From NCBI GenBank assembly GCA_040386515.1, contig JAZKFG010000002.1:191716-250297 (forward strand): DNA of 58,582 nucleotides, given 5' to 3'. The notes beneath the pieces are model-generated. The model ran no database searches. It had not been told where the DNA came from and saw only the letters and a list, made by a program, of their open reading frames with translations. Position numbers and translations under genes: made by a program. Positions 17,290-25,469 of this stretch are shown one piece after another (position 1 is the first letter of the stretch; the number at the start of each line of letters is the position of its first letter). This DNA is from Patescibacteria group bacterium. GTDB lineage: Bacteria > Patescibacteriota > Minisyncoccia > Phycocordibacterales > CAIZLB01.

Positions 17290-17376
17290 GGAGGATTGGA
17301 TGAGTGGTTTAAATCAACAGTTTACTAAACTGTCGAGCCAGAAATGGTTCCGTGAGTTCGAATCTCACATCCTCCG
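17290..17376 (+). tRNA. Type II tRNA with Ser identity features; anticodon loop TTACTAA gives anticodon ACU
   Basis: Acceptor stem GGAGGAT/ATCCTCC. D arm GAT..ATC with a GG-containing loop. Anticodon stem ACAGT/ACTGT. Long variable arm GAGCC-AGAAAT-GGTTC. T arm GTGAG-TTCGAAT-CTCAC. Discriminator G; no encoded CCA. TGcTATATT (17270-17278) lies 11 nt upstream. Confidence 0.8.
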
Positions 17377-17380
17377 CAAT

Positions 17381-17638
17381 ATGAGAACTATTATTAAGAC
17401 TATAATTATTGTTTTAATAATTTCAGGAATTTTGTTAGTTTTAATGGCTTGGCAAGGGTGTAAATACCAAACTGGAGGTGAAGGTGATAATGGAGCATTT
17501 TTTAAATTTCTAAGAGTTATAGAACATAAAACTTTTTGTAAGCCTAGTAATACATATTCTGATGTAAACAATGATGCACCTCAAGTTATTGTTGATACTG
17601 TTTCGGTACAATTAAATAAACCTATAATAGTTCATTAA
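17381..17638 (+). CDS. Small hypothetical membrane protein
   Basis: The listed ORF 17246..17638 overlaps the tRNA. Trimmed to the ATG at 17381 (MRTIIKTIIIVLIISGILLVLMAW), giving 85 aa with a single TM helix. Confidence 0.35.
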   Translation: MRTIIKTIIIVLIISGILLVLMAWQGCKYQTGGEGDNGAFFKFLRVIEHKTFCKPSNTYSDVNNDAPQVIVDTVSVQLNKPIIVH

Positions 17639-17641
17639 TAT

Positions 17642-18607
17642 ATGAAAACCTTCGCTGTAGACAAAGTAAACACATCCCTCCTCCTTCTCTCAGCAGTCGC
17701 TGCTTTTTTCCTTCCATTTGAAGTATTTCTCTTTTCATATGCCTTTTTCGGACCACTTCATTACCTAACAGAAATATCATGGCTTGAAGAACGATCATTC
17801 TTTTTAACACACAAAAAGTTTGTGTGGATTATTATAGCAGCAGGACTTCTTATTTTTGCCGCATACTTGGGGTTAACGCCGATTATCGATTCAGGATATT
17901 TAGTATTTGTCAGTTTGCTTATTGCTGCTACATTTTCATTAGTATTTTTATTTATAAAACCTCGTACTCTAAAAGAAAGAGCATTACTCAGTGGTGTAAT
18001 GGCAGTCATTTTGCTGTGCACATATTTTCTCCAGTCTTGGACCATATTCTTTGCCATACTCGTTCCTACAATCATTCACGTTAGTCTCTTTACTATTCTC
18101 TTTATGTTTCAGGGTGCTCAGCGAAGTAAAAGTGCAGTGGGATATTTTAATGTATTCTTTTACGTCCTACTTTCACTCGGCCTTGTATTCATTACGATTA
18201 AAGGCCTATCATACTCACTCTCAACTTACGTTACAGATGCATATAGATCCTTCGAAGGGGTGAATTTGCAAATAATGAATATGTTAAATATAGGAAACTC
18301 GGATGTGCAGTGGTCGATATATAAATCAGCAGCAGGACTTTCAATTATGAGATTCATTGCTTTTGCGTATACATACCACTACTTAAACTGGTTTTCAAAG
18401 GTAAATATCATTAAATGGAATGCAGTATCAAAGCGAGTGCAGATATTTACCGTATGCATTTGGATTGGATCAGTTTTATTATATATTTCAAACTTCGAAT
18501 TTGGTCTAGTTGTTTTATATTTTCTCAGTCTCATGCATGTACTCTTGGAATTTCCTTTAAATCAACATTCAATGGTAAGTATATGGTCAGGGTTTAGGAA
18601 AAAATAA
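17642..18607 (+). CDS. Hypothetical polytopic membrane protein
   Basis: 321 aa with about 8 hydrophobic segments. Conserved-looking His motifs (GPLHYLTEISWLEE, HYLNWF, LMHVLLEFP). No family assigned. Confidence 0.5.
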   Translation: MKTFAVDKVNTSLLLLSAVAAFFLPFEVFLFSYAFFGPLHYLTEISWLEERSFFLTHKKFVWIIIAAGLLIFAAYLGLTPIIDSGYLVFVSLLIAATFSLVFLFIKPRTLKERALLSGVMAVILLCTYFLQSWTIFFAILVPTIIHVSLFTILFMFQGAQRSKSAVGYFNVFFYVLLSLGLVFITIKGLSYSLSTYVTDAYRSFEGVNLQIMNMLNIGNSDVQWSIYKSAAGLSIMRFIAFAYTYHYLNWFSKVNIIKWNAVSKRVQIFTVCIWIGSVLLYISNFEFGLVVLYFLSLMHVLLEFPLNQHSMVSIWSGFRKK

Positions 18608-18628
18608 TTTTATTGGTATAATATCCCT

Positions 18629-19360
18629 ATGAAGAAAACGAACTTTCAAAGTGGATTAGCATCTATAATTGTAATTATTGTTGGAGTTCTTCTTATTGCT
18701 GCAATTGTTGGAGGAGGATATTGGTATGCAAAAAAGTATTTTGCAAATGCACTTATTTCTGATTCATCTGCTGAATTTTCTCCAATACCTAAGGGGGACA
18801 AAGAAGAATCTAATGATGACGCTGTTTTAGGTACATCAACTACTGCTGAAGTGGAGCTTACTGCTACTTCATCATTGGTTCAGGCTACAAGTACCGTGAG
18901 TGCCACATCTACTGCCTCAACGACAGTAAAGTCTGCACCAGCTACTACAACCCCATCAGGGTCAGCTACTCTTAAGACATTGTTAAGTATTTCAACAAAT
19001 CAAAGTTGTAAGGTGGATAATGTAATAAATGGAAAATTAGTAGGCAGCCCAGGAGCGGGAACAGTATATACAAAAGGAGGTGATATTATGATTATGTACA
19101 AGACTTCAGATTCGCCAACGAATCGTATTCTAGTAAAAGGGGACACTGCATATGTTTCTACTGAGAAAAAAGATAATTGGGTTGGAGTAAAAATGAAAGC
19201 AAATCAACTCAATGCCTATCTTGCAGGCAAAGTTGATCTGCCAGGCTTTATTGGTATGGATACTCCTATTGCATATGAGTGTAAATCAAGAATATTTACA
19301 GATGATGAGTACGAGGGGTTGTTTATGGTTCCGACGTATGTGGTATATACTGATCTTTAG
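18629..19360 (+). CDS. Hypothetical membrane-anchored extracytoplasmic protein
   Basis: 243 aa with an N-terminal TM anchor, a Ser/Thr/Ala-rich linker and a globular C-terminus. TGgTATAAT at 18614-18622 ends 7 nt before the ATG. Confidence 0.5.
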   Translation: MKKTNFQSGLASIIVIIVGVLLIAAIVGGGYWYAKKYFANALISDSSAEFSPIPKGDKEESNDDAVLGTSTTAEVELTATSSLVQATSTVSATSTASTTVKSAPATTTPSGSATLKTLLSISTNQSCKVDNVINGKLVGSPGAGTVYTKGGDIMIMYKTSDSPTNRILVKGDTAYVSTEKKDNWVGVKMKANQLNAYLAGKVDLPGFIGMDTPIAYECKSRIFTDDEYEGLFMVPTYVVYTDL

Positions 19361-19364
19361 TGAA

Positions 19365-19390
19365 CTTCATCTTCTTCATGAAGACTTCAT
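19365..19390 (+). promoter_or_regulatory. Three direct CTTCAT repeats (spacing 9 and 11 nt) upstream of the response-regulator gene
   Basis: CTTCAT at 19365, 19374 and 19385. The middle part forms the palindrome TCTTCATGAAGA (19373-19384). The last repeat ends 12 nt before the -10-like TACTAT (19403-19408). Confidence 0.35.
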
Positions 19391-19415
19391 TTAAACCAGT
19401 AATACTATATAGTAT

Positions 19416-20084
19416 ATGAAAATTTTACTTGTCGAAGACAATACCAAATTAGCAAAAAACATTAAGCAAGGCTTAACTCAAGAAGGGTTTGCAGTGGATA
19501 CTGTAGAGGATGGAACAGAAGCTGAAAAGAAAGTTTCTATAAATAGAGACGAATATGACCTTGTGGTACTCGATAGAATGCTTCCTGGAAATGATGGATT
19601 AAGTATTTGCGCTTCGTGGCGAGAGCAAGGTATTTCTATCCCTGTGCTTATGCTTACAGCCATGGGGGCAACAGAGGATAAAGTTGTAGGACTAAAAGGT
19701 GGTGCCGATGACTACTTAGCCAAACCTTTTGATTTTGAAGAGCTTTTAGCTCGTATACAGGCTCTTTTACGGCGGCCTAAGCTCGCTACGCAAGAGAAGA
19801 TTACTATTGGTGATCTTATGCTTGATACGCAAGCTCATGTCATTACGCTTAAAAATAAGCCACTCACACTCACTCTTAAAGAGTTTATGGTTCTTGAGTA
19901 TTTAATGAGAAATCAAGGCAAAGTTGTTACTCGAGACGAGTTATATGCCCATGCATGGGATTATGCAGACCTTACCTTGAGTAATACAGTTGATGTGCAC
20001 ATAAAGAATATACGAAGAAAAATTAAAGATAAATCTAAGATTATTCAAACTGTACGTGGTGTTGGATACAAGATGGATATATAA
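19416..20084 (+). CDS. OmpR/PhoB-family response regulator
   Basis: 222 aa. Receiver domain (DLVVLDRMLPGNDG, KPF) and winged-helix output domain (LTLKEFMVLEYL...TVRGVGYKM). Confidence 0.9.
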   Translation: MKILLVEDNTKLAKNIKQGLTQEGFAVDTVEDGTEAEKKVSINRDEYDLVVLDRMLPGNDGLSICASWREQGISIPVLMLTAMGATEDKVVGLKGGADDYLAKPFDFEELLARIQALLRRPKLATQEKITIGDLMLDTQAHVITLKNKPLTLTLKEFMVLEYLMRNQGKVVTRDELYAHAWDYADLTLSNTVDVHIKNIRRKIKDKSKIIQTVRGVGYKMDI

Positions 20085-20091
20085 TTAATCT

Positions 20092-21066
20092 ATGTACGAC
20101 GACTTTTTTAAAGTTCGAGCAAAACTGATTCTTGTCTATACTGCCACAGTAAGTGTGCTCATTGCAGGCTACAGTTTTATTTTGTATGACATTCTTCTTT
20201 CTGATTTTGCTGATTCACTGCAAGACAGGGTTTTTGCCTTGAATCCTGAAGTGAGAAATATGATTGTAAAAAGAACAGGAGATATTATACAGGGGAGAAT
20301 AATGATTATTGATATTGCCATTCTCTCTGTTATTGTTCTTTTGAGTTTCTTTTTGACCAATAAAACACTCGGTCCGATTCGGGAAAATATTCAAAAGCAA
20401 AAGAGATTTGTGGCGGACGCATCTCATGAAATGCGTACTCCTATTGCTGTTATTATTTCAGGACTTGAGGTGGTGCTTCGAAATAAAGATTTAAATGTAG
20501 AAAGCGCTCGAGAAACCCTAGTTGAGACCTTGGCCGAAATGAAAGAGTTTTCAAAATTAAGTACACATTTACTGGATATTTCTCGATACGATGCAGGAAT
20601 TCAAGTTGATTTTAATAATGTTGATATTACGGAGGTAATAGAATCTGCAGTTCAAAAAACAAAGCTTTTGGCTGCTGATAAAAAGATTGAACTTACTTCA
20701 TCTTTTGAGGAACAAAGGGGAATTGTAATGGGCAATAAAATTGAACTATATAGATTATTTTACAATATTGTCCATAATGCCATTAAATATACCCAAGCAG
20801 ATGGAAAAATAATTGTGCACGGTGAGCGTAAGAATAAGAAATATGTAGCCACTATTACGGATACAGGCATAGGAATGGATAAAGAAACCATAAGTAAAAT
20901 TTTTGACCCATTCTTTCAAGGTGATAAGTCAAGAAGTAGTGGTGGAGCAGGATTAGGATTGACATTAGCAAAAAGAATTGTAGAGAATCATAAGGGAAGC
21001 CTTCAAATACAAAGTAAAATTGGAGATGGTACTAAAATAAGCATATCTTTTCCACTCGCTTCATAG
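20092..21066 (+). CDS. Sensor histidine kinase (HisKA + HATPase_c)
   Basis: 324 aa, two TM segments. H-box FVADASHEMRTPIA, N-box YNIVHNAIKYT, G-boxes DTGIGM and GGAGLGLTLAK. Confidence 0.9.
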   Translation: MYDDFFKVRAKLILVYTATVSVLIAGYSFILYDILLSDFADSLQDRVFALNPEVRNMIVKRTGDIIQGRIMIIDIAILSVIVLLSFFLTNKTLGPIRENIQKQKRFVADASHEMRTPIAVIISGLEVVLRNKDLNVESARETLVETLAEMKEFSKLSTHLLDISRYDAGIQVDFNNVDITEVIESAVQKTKLLAADKKIELTSSFEEQRGIVMGNKIELYRLFYNIVHNAIKYTQADGKIIVHGERKNKKYVATITDTGIGMDKETISKIFDPFFQGDKSRSSGGAGLGLTLAKRIVENHKGSLQIQSKIGDGTKISISFPLAS

Positions 21067-21094
21067 TTACTTCATCTAAGGGCTATATGATTAG

Positions 21095-21137
21095 ATACAT
21101 ACTTCAATAATGAAATAAAATCTTCTGAAGTATGTAT
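21095..21137. promoter_or_regulatory. Perfect 12-bp inverted repeat ATACATACTTCA-N19-TGAAGTATGTAT
   Basis: Read directly. Located between the HK stop and the next gene. No T-run follows, so it is not a classical terminator. The arms contain the ACTTCA core also seen at 19364-19390. Confidence 0.35.
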
Positions 21138-21178
21138 TATAAAGTGTTACTACTAATTAACTAATCAAAAAATTCATT

Positions 21179-21661
21179 ATGAAATATCACAAAAGAATTG
21201 TTACTGGTGCATTTGCACTATCCCTATTAGTAGGAGGATCTTCAGTTAAGACATACGCAGATTCAGTTACTGCTCAAAGTGGTGTCAGTGGTACATCTAC
21301 TCGAAGCGGTGCATTGCATTTCAAAAATTTGAAAAATGCTCGTTTAAAAATAAATCATAAAGTTGGAGTTATAACCTCAGTAGGAGCTTCAGGATTTACA
21401 TTTGATGTCTATCATGGACACAATGCAACATCTACTGCTACTGCAACAAAAATCCTATCGATTGACGTAGGTACAACCGCAACTACTACGGTTAAAAAAG
21501 ACGGGGCAGCTGCTACATTTGCAGATCTTGCTGTAGGACAAAAAGTTATTGTCTCAGGTAGTGTAGATAGTACAGGTCACATTATATCCGCAAAACGCGT
21601 TGATGTAGTGACAAATCTCTCAGGTGGTGTTTCAAAAAAGAAAGGTAAAGTAATAAAGTAA
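21179..21661 (+). CDS. Hypothetical secreted protein
   Basis: 160 aa with a signal peptide (ALSLLVGGSSVKTYA). The beta-rich C-terminus (GVITSVGASGFTFDV ... VGQKVIVSGSVDSTGHIISAKRVDVV) is reminiscent of DUF5666-type domains; this is from memory. Confidence 0.45.
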   Translation: MKYHKRIVTGAFALSLLVGGSSVKTYADSVTAQSGVSGTSTRSGALHFKNLKNARLKINHKVGVITSVGASGFTFDVYHGHNATSTATATKILSIDVGTTATTTVKKDGAAATFADLAVGQKVIVSGSVDSTGHIISAKRVDVVTNLSGGVSKKKGKVIK

Positions 21662-21702
21662 AATTTTACATTACCTAATTTATACATAATTAAAAACACA
21701 AT

Positions 21703-21993
21703 ATGGAAAATAAACAGATACATTTCAGCATTAGTAAGAACACCTTAATTCTCGTATCAGTTATTATAGCCTTTTTGCTCATCGTTATTATTGGTCTTTG
21801 CGCGAGGGGTAATAGACATGAGATGATGATGAGACAGGGACAAAATGGCGACGGATATATGATGCAGAATAGACAAGGAGGAACTCGTGGACCTGGTCCA
21901 GGATCAGCTCGAGGAATGATGCAAGGAGGAGGAATGGTTCAACCGACTACGGGAGCAGTCCAGGTTGAGGCCTCAACCACAATGTCGAATTAA
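21703..21993 (+). CDS. Small membrane-anchored protein with Met/Gly/Gln-rich tail
   Basis: 96 aa with one TM helix, then MMMRQGQNGDGYMMQNRQGG...GMMQGGGMVQ. Confidence 0.4.
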   Translation: MENKQIHFSISKNTLILVSVIIAFLLIVIIGLCARGNRHEMMMRQGQNGDGYMMQNRQGGTRGPGPGSARGMMQGGGMVQPTTGAVQVEASTTMSN

Positions 21994-22027
21994 TTTTCCG
22001 TATTATTAATAGAAAAACTAACAAAAT

Positions 22028-22067
22028 AAAAAAACTAGCATTGAGTTACGAACTGCTAGTTTTTTTA
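22028..22067. terminator. Bidirectional rho-independent terminator
   Basis: A7-CTAGCA (22035-22040) ... TGCTAG (22054-22059)-T7, between convergent genes. Confidence 0.75.
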
Positions 22068-22079
22068 TTTTTAGTTTTG

Positions 22080-22427
22080 TTAGCTTAGAACTTTCTGAAC
22101 AAATCTTTCGAATACCTGTGGATCGTTCTGAGCTAGGTCAGCCATAATCTTTCGGTCAACTTCGATTTCTTTCTTTTTAAGAACTCCTATGAATTTACTG
22201 TATGTAGTTCCATAAGTTCGAAGTGCTGCGTTGATTTTAACATTCCATAGTCGTCGGAAATCTCCCTTTTTATCTCGTCGGTGTGCAAATGCTGTGTTTA
22301 GAGAGTGAACAATTTGTTCGTACGCTAGTTTTTCTTTTGTACCTCTTCCTCCTCTAAAACCCTTAGCCATCTTAAGAACATTTCGTCTTGTTTTTGCGGC
22401 GTGAACGCCTTTTTTAACTCGTACCAT
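22080..22427 (-). CDS. rplT: 50S ribosomal protein L20
   Basis: 115 aa. [26 protein letters not shown] is the canonical L20 N-terminus. Confidence 0.95.
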   Translation of the reverse strand: MVRVKKGVHAAKTRRNVLKMAKGFRGGRGTKEKLAYEQIVHSLNTAFAHRRDKKGDFRRLWNVKINAALRTYGTTYSKFIGVLKKKEIEVDRKIMADLAQNDPQVFERFVQKVLS

Positions 22428-22462
22428 ATATGTATGTAAGTTTGATTATTAATGAATAAGAA

Positions 22463-22654
22463 TTATAGGTGAGCAAGAAATCGTCTCTTTTCTTGACTAG
22501 ACATATGAAAGTCTACCTGTCGTTTTTTAGCTAACTGAGAACGTCCACTTTCTTTTGAGTTAAAGTGGTTGTGTCCTGGTGTTCGCGCTTTGATTTTGCC
22601 GTTTTTACTAACTTTAAGTCGTTTAGCAAAAGACTTGTTTGATTTTACAGTCAT
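22463..22654 (-). CDS. rpmI: 50S ribosomal protein L35
   Basis: 63 aa, basic. KSNKSFAKRLKVSKNGKIKARTPGHNH matches L35. Confidence 0.9.
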   Translation of the reverse strand: MTVKSNKSFAKRLKVSKNGKIKARTPGHNHFNSKESGRSQLAKKRQVDFHMSSQEKRRFLAHL

Positions 22655-22700
22655 ACGTTTGAACTATATTTAATATTATTGGTTTATAAGTCTCGAGGCG

Positions 22701-22716
22701 GAGAACATGTGTTCTC
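22701..22716. promoter_or_regulatory. Palindrome GAGAAC-ATGT-GTTCTC (GAAC-N4-GTTC core) in the infC-rpmI spacer
   Basis: Perfect 6-bp arms, read directly. The flanks differ from the other three boxes (GAG/CTC instead of GTG/CAC). Lies 32 nt upstream (minus strand) of a TATAGT element at 22663-22668. Confidence 0.3.
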
Positions 22717-22758
22717 ACTTCAAGTGCCTTTTCGACGGATCTTTTTGAGTTACCGAAG

Positions 22759-23295
22759 TTACTTCTTTTTTTCTATTACAAGTGCAGGTCCTTTAGGTCC
22801 ACGCTTAAGTGGTACTGTGATTTTAAAATCAACTGAAATAAGGTTAAGATATCGCTGTAGTCTATCGTTTAAAAAGTCATCCTTTAAAAACTTTGAACGT
22901 CCAGAAACGAATAATTCAACACGTACTTGCTGACCGTCTGCGAGCCACTCTGAAGCTTTTTTAGCCTTAAGAGCAAGATCTGCTTCACCTGTACCTATCT
23001 TTACTTGAATATTTTTCACTTCGACAACTTTTGCAGTAGCTTTTGAGGCTTTCTGCTTTTTGTTCTCGTCATATTGAAATCTACCATAATCCATGATTTT
23101 TGCAACTGGGGGAGTGGCATTTGGGGATATCTCTATAAGGTCTAAACCGGCATTTTGAGCCAACTTTTGAGCTTCGGCATTGCTTACAACGCCAATATTT
23201 TCACCATCGGCACCTATCAGACGGAGTTCTGGGGCACGAATATGATAGTTAATGTTTGTTCGGGGTGTTGTTTGACGTGGGGTAAATTGCGACAA
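22759..23295 (-). CDS. infC: Translation initiation factor IF-3
   Basis: 178 aa. INYHIRAPELRLIGADGENIGVV and the C-domain match IF-3. The first codon in the track is TTG; non-AUG starts are typical for infC. Confidence 0.9.
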   Translation of the reverse strand: MSQFTPRQTTPRTNINYHIRAPELRLIGADGENIGVVSNAEAQKLAQNAGLDLIEISPNATPPVAKIMDYGRFQYDENKKQKASKATAKVVEVKNIQVKIGTGEADLALKAKKASEWLADGQQVRVELFVSGRSKFLKDDFLNDRLQRYLNLISVDFKITVPLKRGPKGPALVIEKKK

Positions 23296-23385
23296 GGGGT
23301 TTGGATTTTTTATATTTTATATATGTATTAAATAATTACATTTACCAGTATAGCATATTTTTATACATAGGGTATACTTGTCTGT

Positions 23386-24654
23386 ATGGACATACATTCA
23401 CAGAATAAAAACTACTCAACTAAGATATTTATAGCCGTTTTGATCTTTGCGATCGGATTTGTGGTAGGGAATTTTTCACCTATTATTGCTGCAAATGTAG
23501 CAGCAAAGCAGGTGGCTGAAAAAGTGGACATTAAGACATTTTGGAAAGTGTGGGGAATTCTTGATGATGAGTTTGTAACTACAAAGCATAGAGACCCTAT
23601 GAGCAGTGATGAAAATAGAGTTAGTACAAGTACTGCAAGTTCAACTGCTATAGATTCAAATCTTTCAATAGATGAAAAAAGATTGTATGGAGCAATTAAA
23701 GGTATGGTAGATGCAGAAGGAGACCCATATACGACATTCTTTACTCCAAGTGAAGCGTCTTCGTTTGAAACTGAGATTAAAGGTAGTTTTGGAGGAGTAG
23801 GAATGGAAGTTGGTAAAAAAGATGATGTTATAACGGTTATTTCACCAATTCCTGGAAGCCCTGCAGAAAAAGCTGGGCTTAAGGCAGGGGATAAGATTTT
23901 AAAAATTGATTCTACCGTTACCTCAGATATGACTATTGATGCTGCTGTGCAATTGATTCGAGGAGAAAAAGGAACAACTGTAAATCTAACAATATATAGA
24001 GAGGGTAAGGATAAGCCGCTTGAATTTAAAGTGGTTCGAGATATTGTCGAACTTCCTACAATTACTAAAACTCTTGAAAATGGAATTTACACAATTAAGA
24101 TTTATTCATTCTCAGAGCAAGTATCTGGTTTGTTCAAACAGGCAATTCAAGAGTTTAAGACAACAGGTTCAAAAAAGCTTATTATCGATCTTCGAGGTAA
24201 TCCGGGTGGATACTTGGATGCAGCCGTTGATATTGCCAGTTACTTCGTTCCTCAAGGGAAAGTTGTAGTAAGTCAGGACTATGGAAAGAAAAGAGATGCA
24301 GAGTATATGAGAAGTGTTGGATACGGACTTGTGGGAAGTGATACTAAAGTTGTGGTTCTAGTTGATGGAGGATCTGCCTCAGCGTCAGAAATTCTAGCTG
24401 GTGCATTGCAGGATTATAATCTAGCTACGCTTGTTGGACAAAAGACTTTCGGAAAAGGGTCAGTTCAGGAATATATAAAGATAACTCCAACAACAGGCCT
24501 TAAGGTAACTATTGCAAGATGGCTTACACCGCTTGGACGTTCTATATCGGTAGATGGGCTTACTCCAAACGTAGAAGTTAAAAATACAGTGGATAGTAAT
24601 GGTAAAGTTATAGATACTCAGTTGCAGAAGGCAGTTGAAATACTCGGAAAATAG
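23386..24654 (+). CDS. ctpA: Carboxy-terminal processing protease (S41 family, PDZ domain)
   Basis: 422 aa. PDZ region GGVGMEVG...ISPIPGSPAEKAGLKAGDKILKID; catalytic region LVDGGSASASEILAGAL ... TFGKGSVQ. Confidence 0.9.
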   Translation: MDIHSQNKNYSTKIFIAVLIFAIGFVVGNFSPIIAANVAAKQVAEKVDIKTFWKVWGILDDEFVTTKHRDPMSSDENRVSTSTASSTAIDSNLSIDEKRLYGAIKGMVDAEGDPYTTFFTPSEASSFETEIKGSFGGVGMEVGKKDDVITVISPIPGSPAEKAGLKAGDKILKIDSTVTSDMTIDAAVQLIRGEKGTTVNLTIYREGKDKPLEFKVVRDIVELPTITKTLENGIYTIKIYSFSEQVSGLFKQAIQEFKTTGSKKLIIDLRGNPGGYLDAAVDIASYFVPQGKVVVSQDYGKKRDAEYMRSVGYGLVGSDTKVVVLVDGGSASASEILAGALQDYNLATLVGQKTFGKGSVQEYIKITPTTGLKVTIARWLTPLGRSISVDGLTPNVEVKNTVDSNGKVIDTQLQKAVEILGK

Positions 24655-24672
24655 TGTATACTGGACTCCTAT

Positions 24673-25098
24673 ATGAAAATCATTCTTCTAAAAGACCTAC
24701 ACAAGGTAGGAAAAAAATATGAGGTTGTTACAGTGGCAGACGGATATGCTCTTAATAGTCTTATTCCAACTAAAGCAGCTGAAGTTGCTACTGCTAAAAC
24801 AGTAGAGAAATATACAAAGCTTAAAGAAGTAGAAAGTGCAGCACGACTTCTACGAGAAGAAGAGCTTGTTAAAGAACTTGCAACTATTGCAGGAAAAGAA
24901 TTTACAATTGAAGCTAAGGCTAACGAACAAGGGCATCTTTTTGCATCAGTGCATAAAGAGGAAATTGGTTCAGTAATTGGAGTTGATCCAATGTACATCA
25001 CAATTCCTACTCCTATCAAGGAAGTTGGTGAGCATACAGTTACTGTTACAGTTCGAGATACATCAAAGGATGTGAAGGTTACTGTGGTAGCTAAGTAA
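24673..25098 (+). CDS. rplI: 50S ribosomal protein L9
   Basis: 141 aa. MKIILLKDLHKVGKKYEVVTVADGYALNSLIP is the canonical L9 N-domain. Confidence 0.9.
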   Translation: MKIILLKDLHKVGKKYEVVTVADGYALNSLIPTKAAEVATAKTVEKYTKLKEVESAARLLREEELVKELATIAGKEFTIEAKANEQGHLFASVHKEEIGSVIGVDPMYITIPTPIKEVGEHTVTVTVRDTSKDVKVTVVAK

Positions 25099-25120
25099 TT
25101 TTTAAGAACAAGCCAAAGTG

Positions 25121-25154
25121 AAAGACCCAGAGCAAAAAATGCTCGGGGTCTTTT
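25121..25154 (+). terminator. Rho-independent terminator
   Basis: AAAGACCCAGAGC-AAAAAAT-GCTCGGGGTCTTTT, with one mismatch in the stem. Confidence 0.7.
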
Positions 25155-25181
25155 CCTATTCAGGAAAATTAAAGATCAATG

Positions 25182-25355
25182 TTAACGCTGGTATCTTCTT
25201 GGTATAGCATCGTCAGAGATAGCCACTTTAGTCCCTTTGGGAGGGGTGTATATTTTGAAGTGATCTTGAAGCTCCTCATTTATGCGGAGTATTTCTGACG
25301 GAGTCTGACCTTGTTTTTTAGAGGAGACAGTATTTGAACTACCTGTTTTTTTCAT
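25182..25355 (-). CDS. Possible 57-aa small protein (below the ORF-track cutoff)
   Basis: My manual translation: MKKTGSSNTVSSKKQGQTPSEILRINEELQDHFKIYTPPKGTKVAISDDAIPRRYQR. It sits alone in a 314-nt gap. No homology is recognised. Confidence 0.25.
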   Translation of the reverse strand: MKKTGSSNTVSSKKQGQTPSEILRINEELQDHFKIYTPPKGTKVAISDDAIPRRYQR

Positions 25356-25469
25356 GCAAATAATGGGTTAAATTAAAAGCGAAAGTTCGCCTACATATGA
25401 GGGTATCATATTTTTATACTCTTGTTTATATTGATTAAAATAAGGTTATTAATGTGGTAGAATTAAAAT

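Noticed and set aside
17246-17380. The upstream part of ORF 17246..17638.
   Set aside because: It runs straight through a well-formed tRNA (17290-17376). Only the part from the ATG at 17381 can be coding.
17290-21993. A tRNA-adjacent integrated element downstream of the tRNA (small membrane proteins, a two-component system, secreted proteins).
   Set aside because: No integrase or recombinase is present, I could not find a direct repeat of the tRNA 3' end, and composition looks like the rest of the genome.
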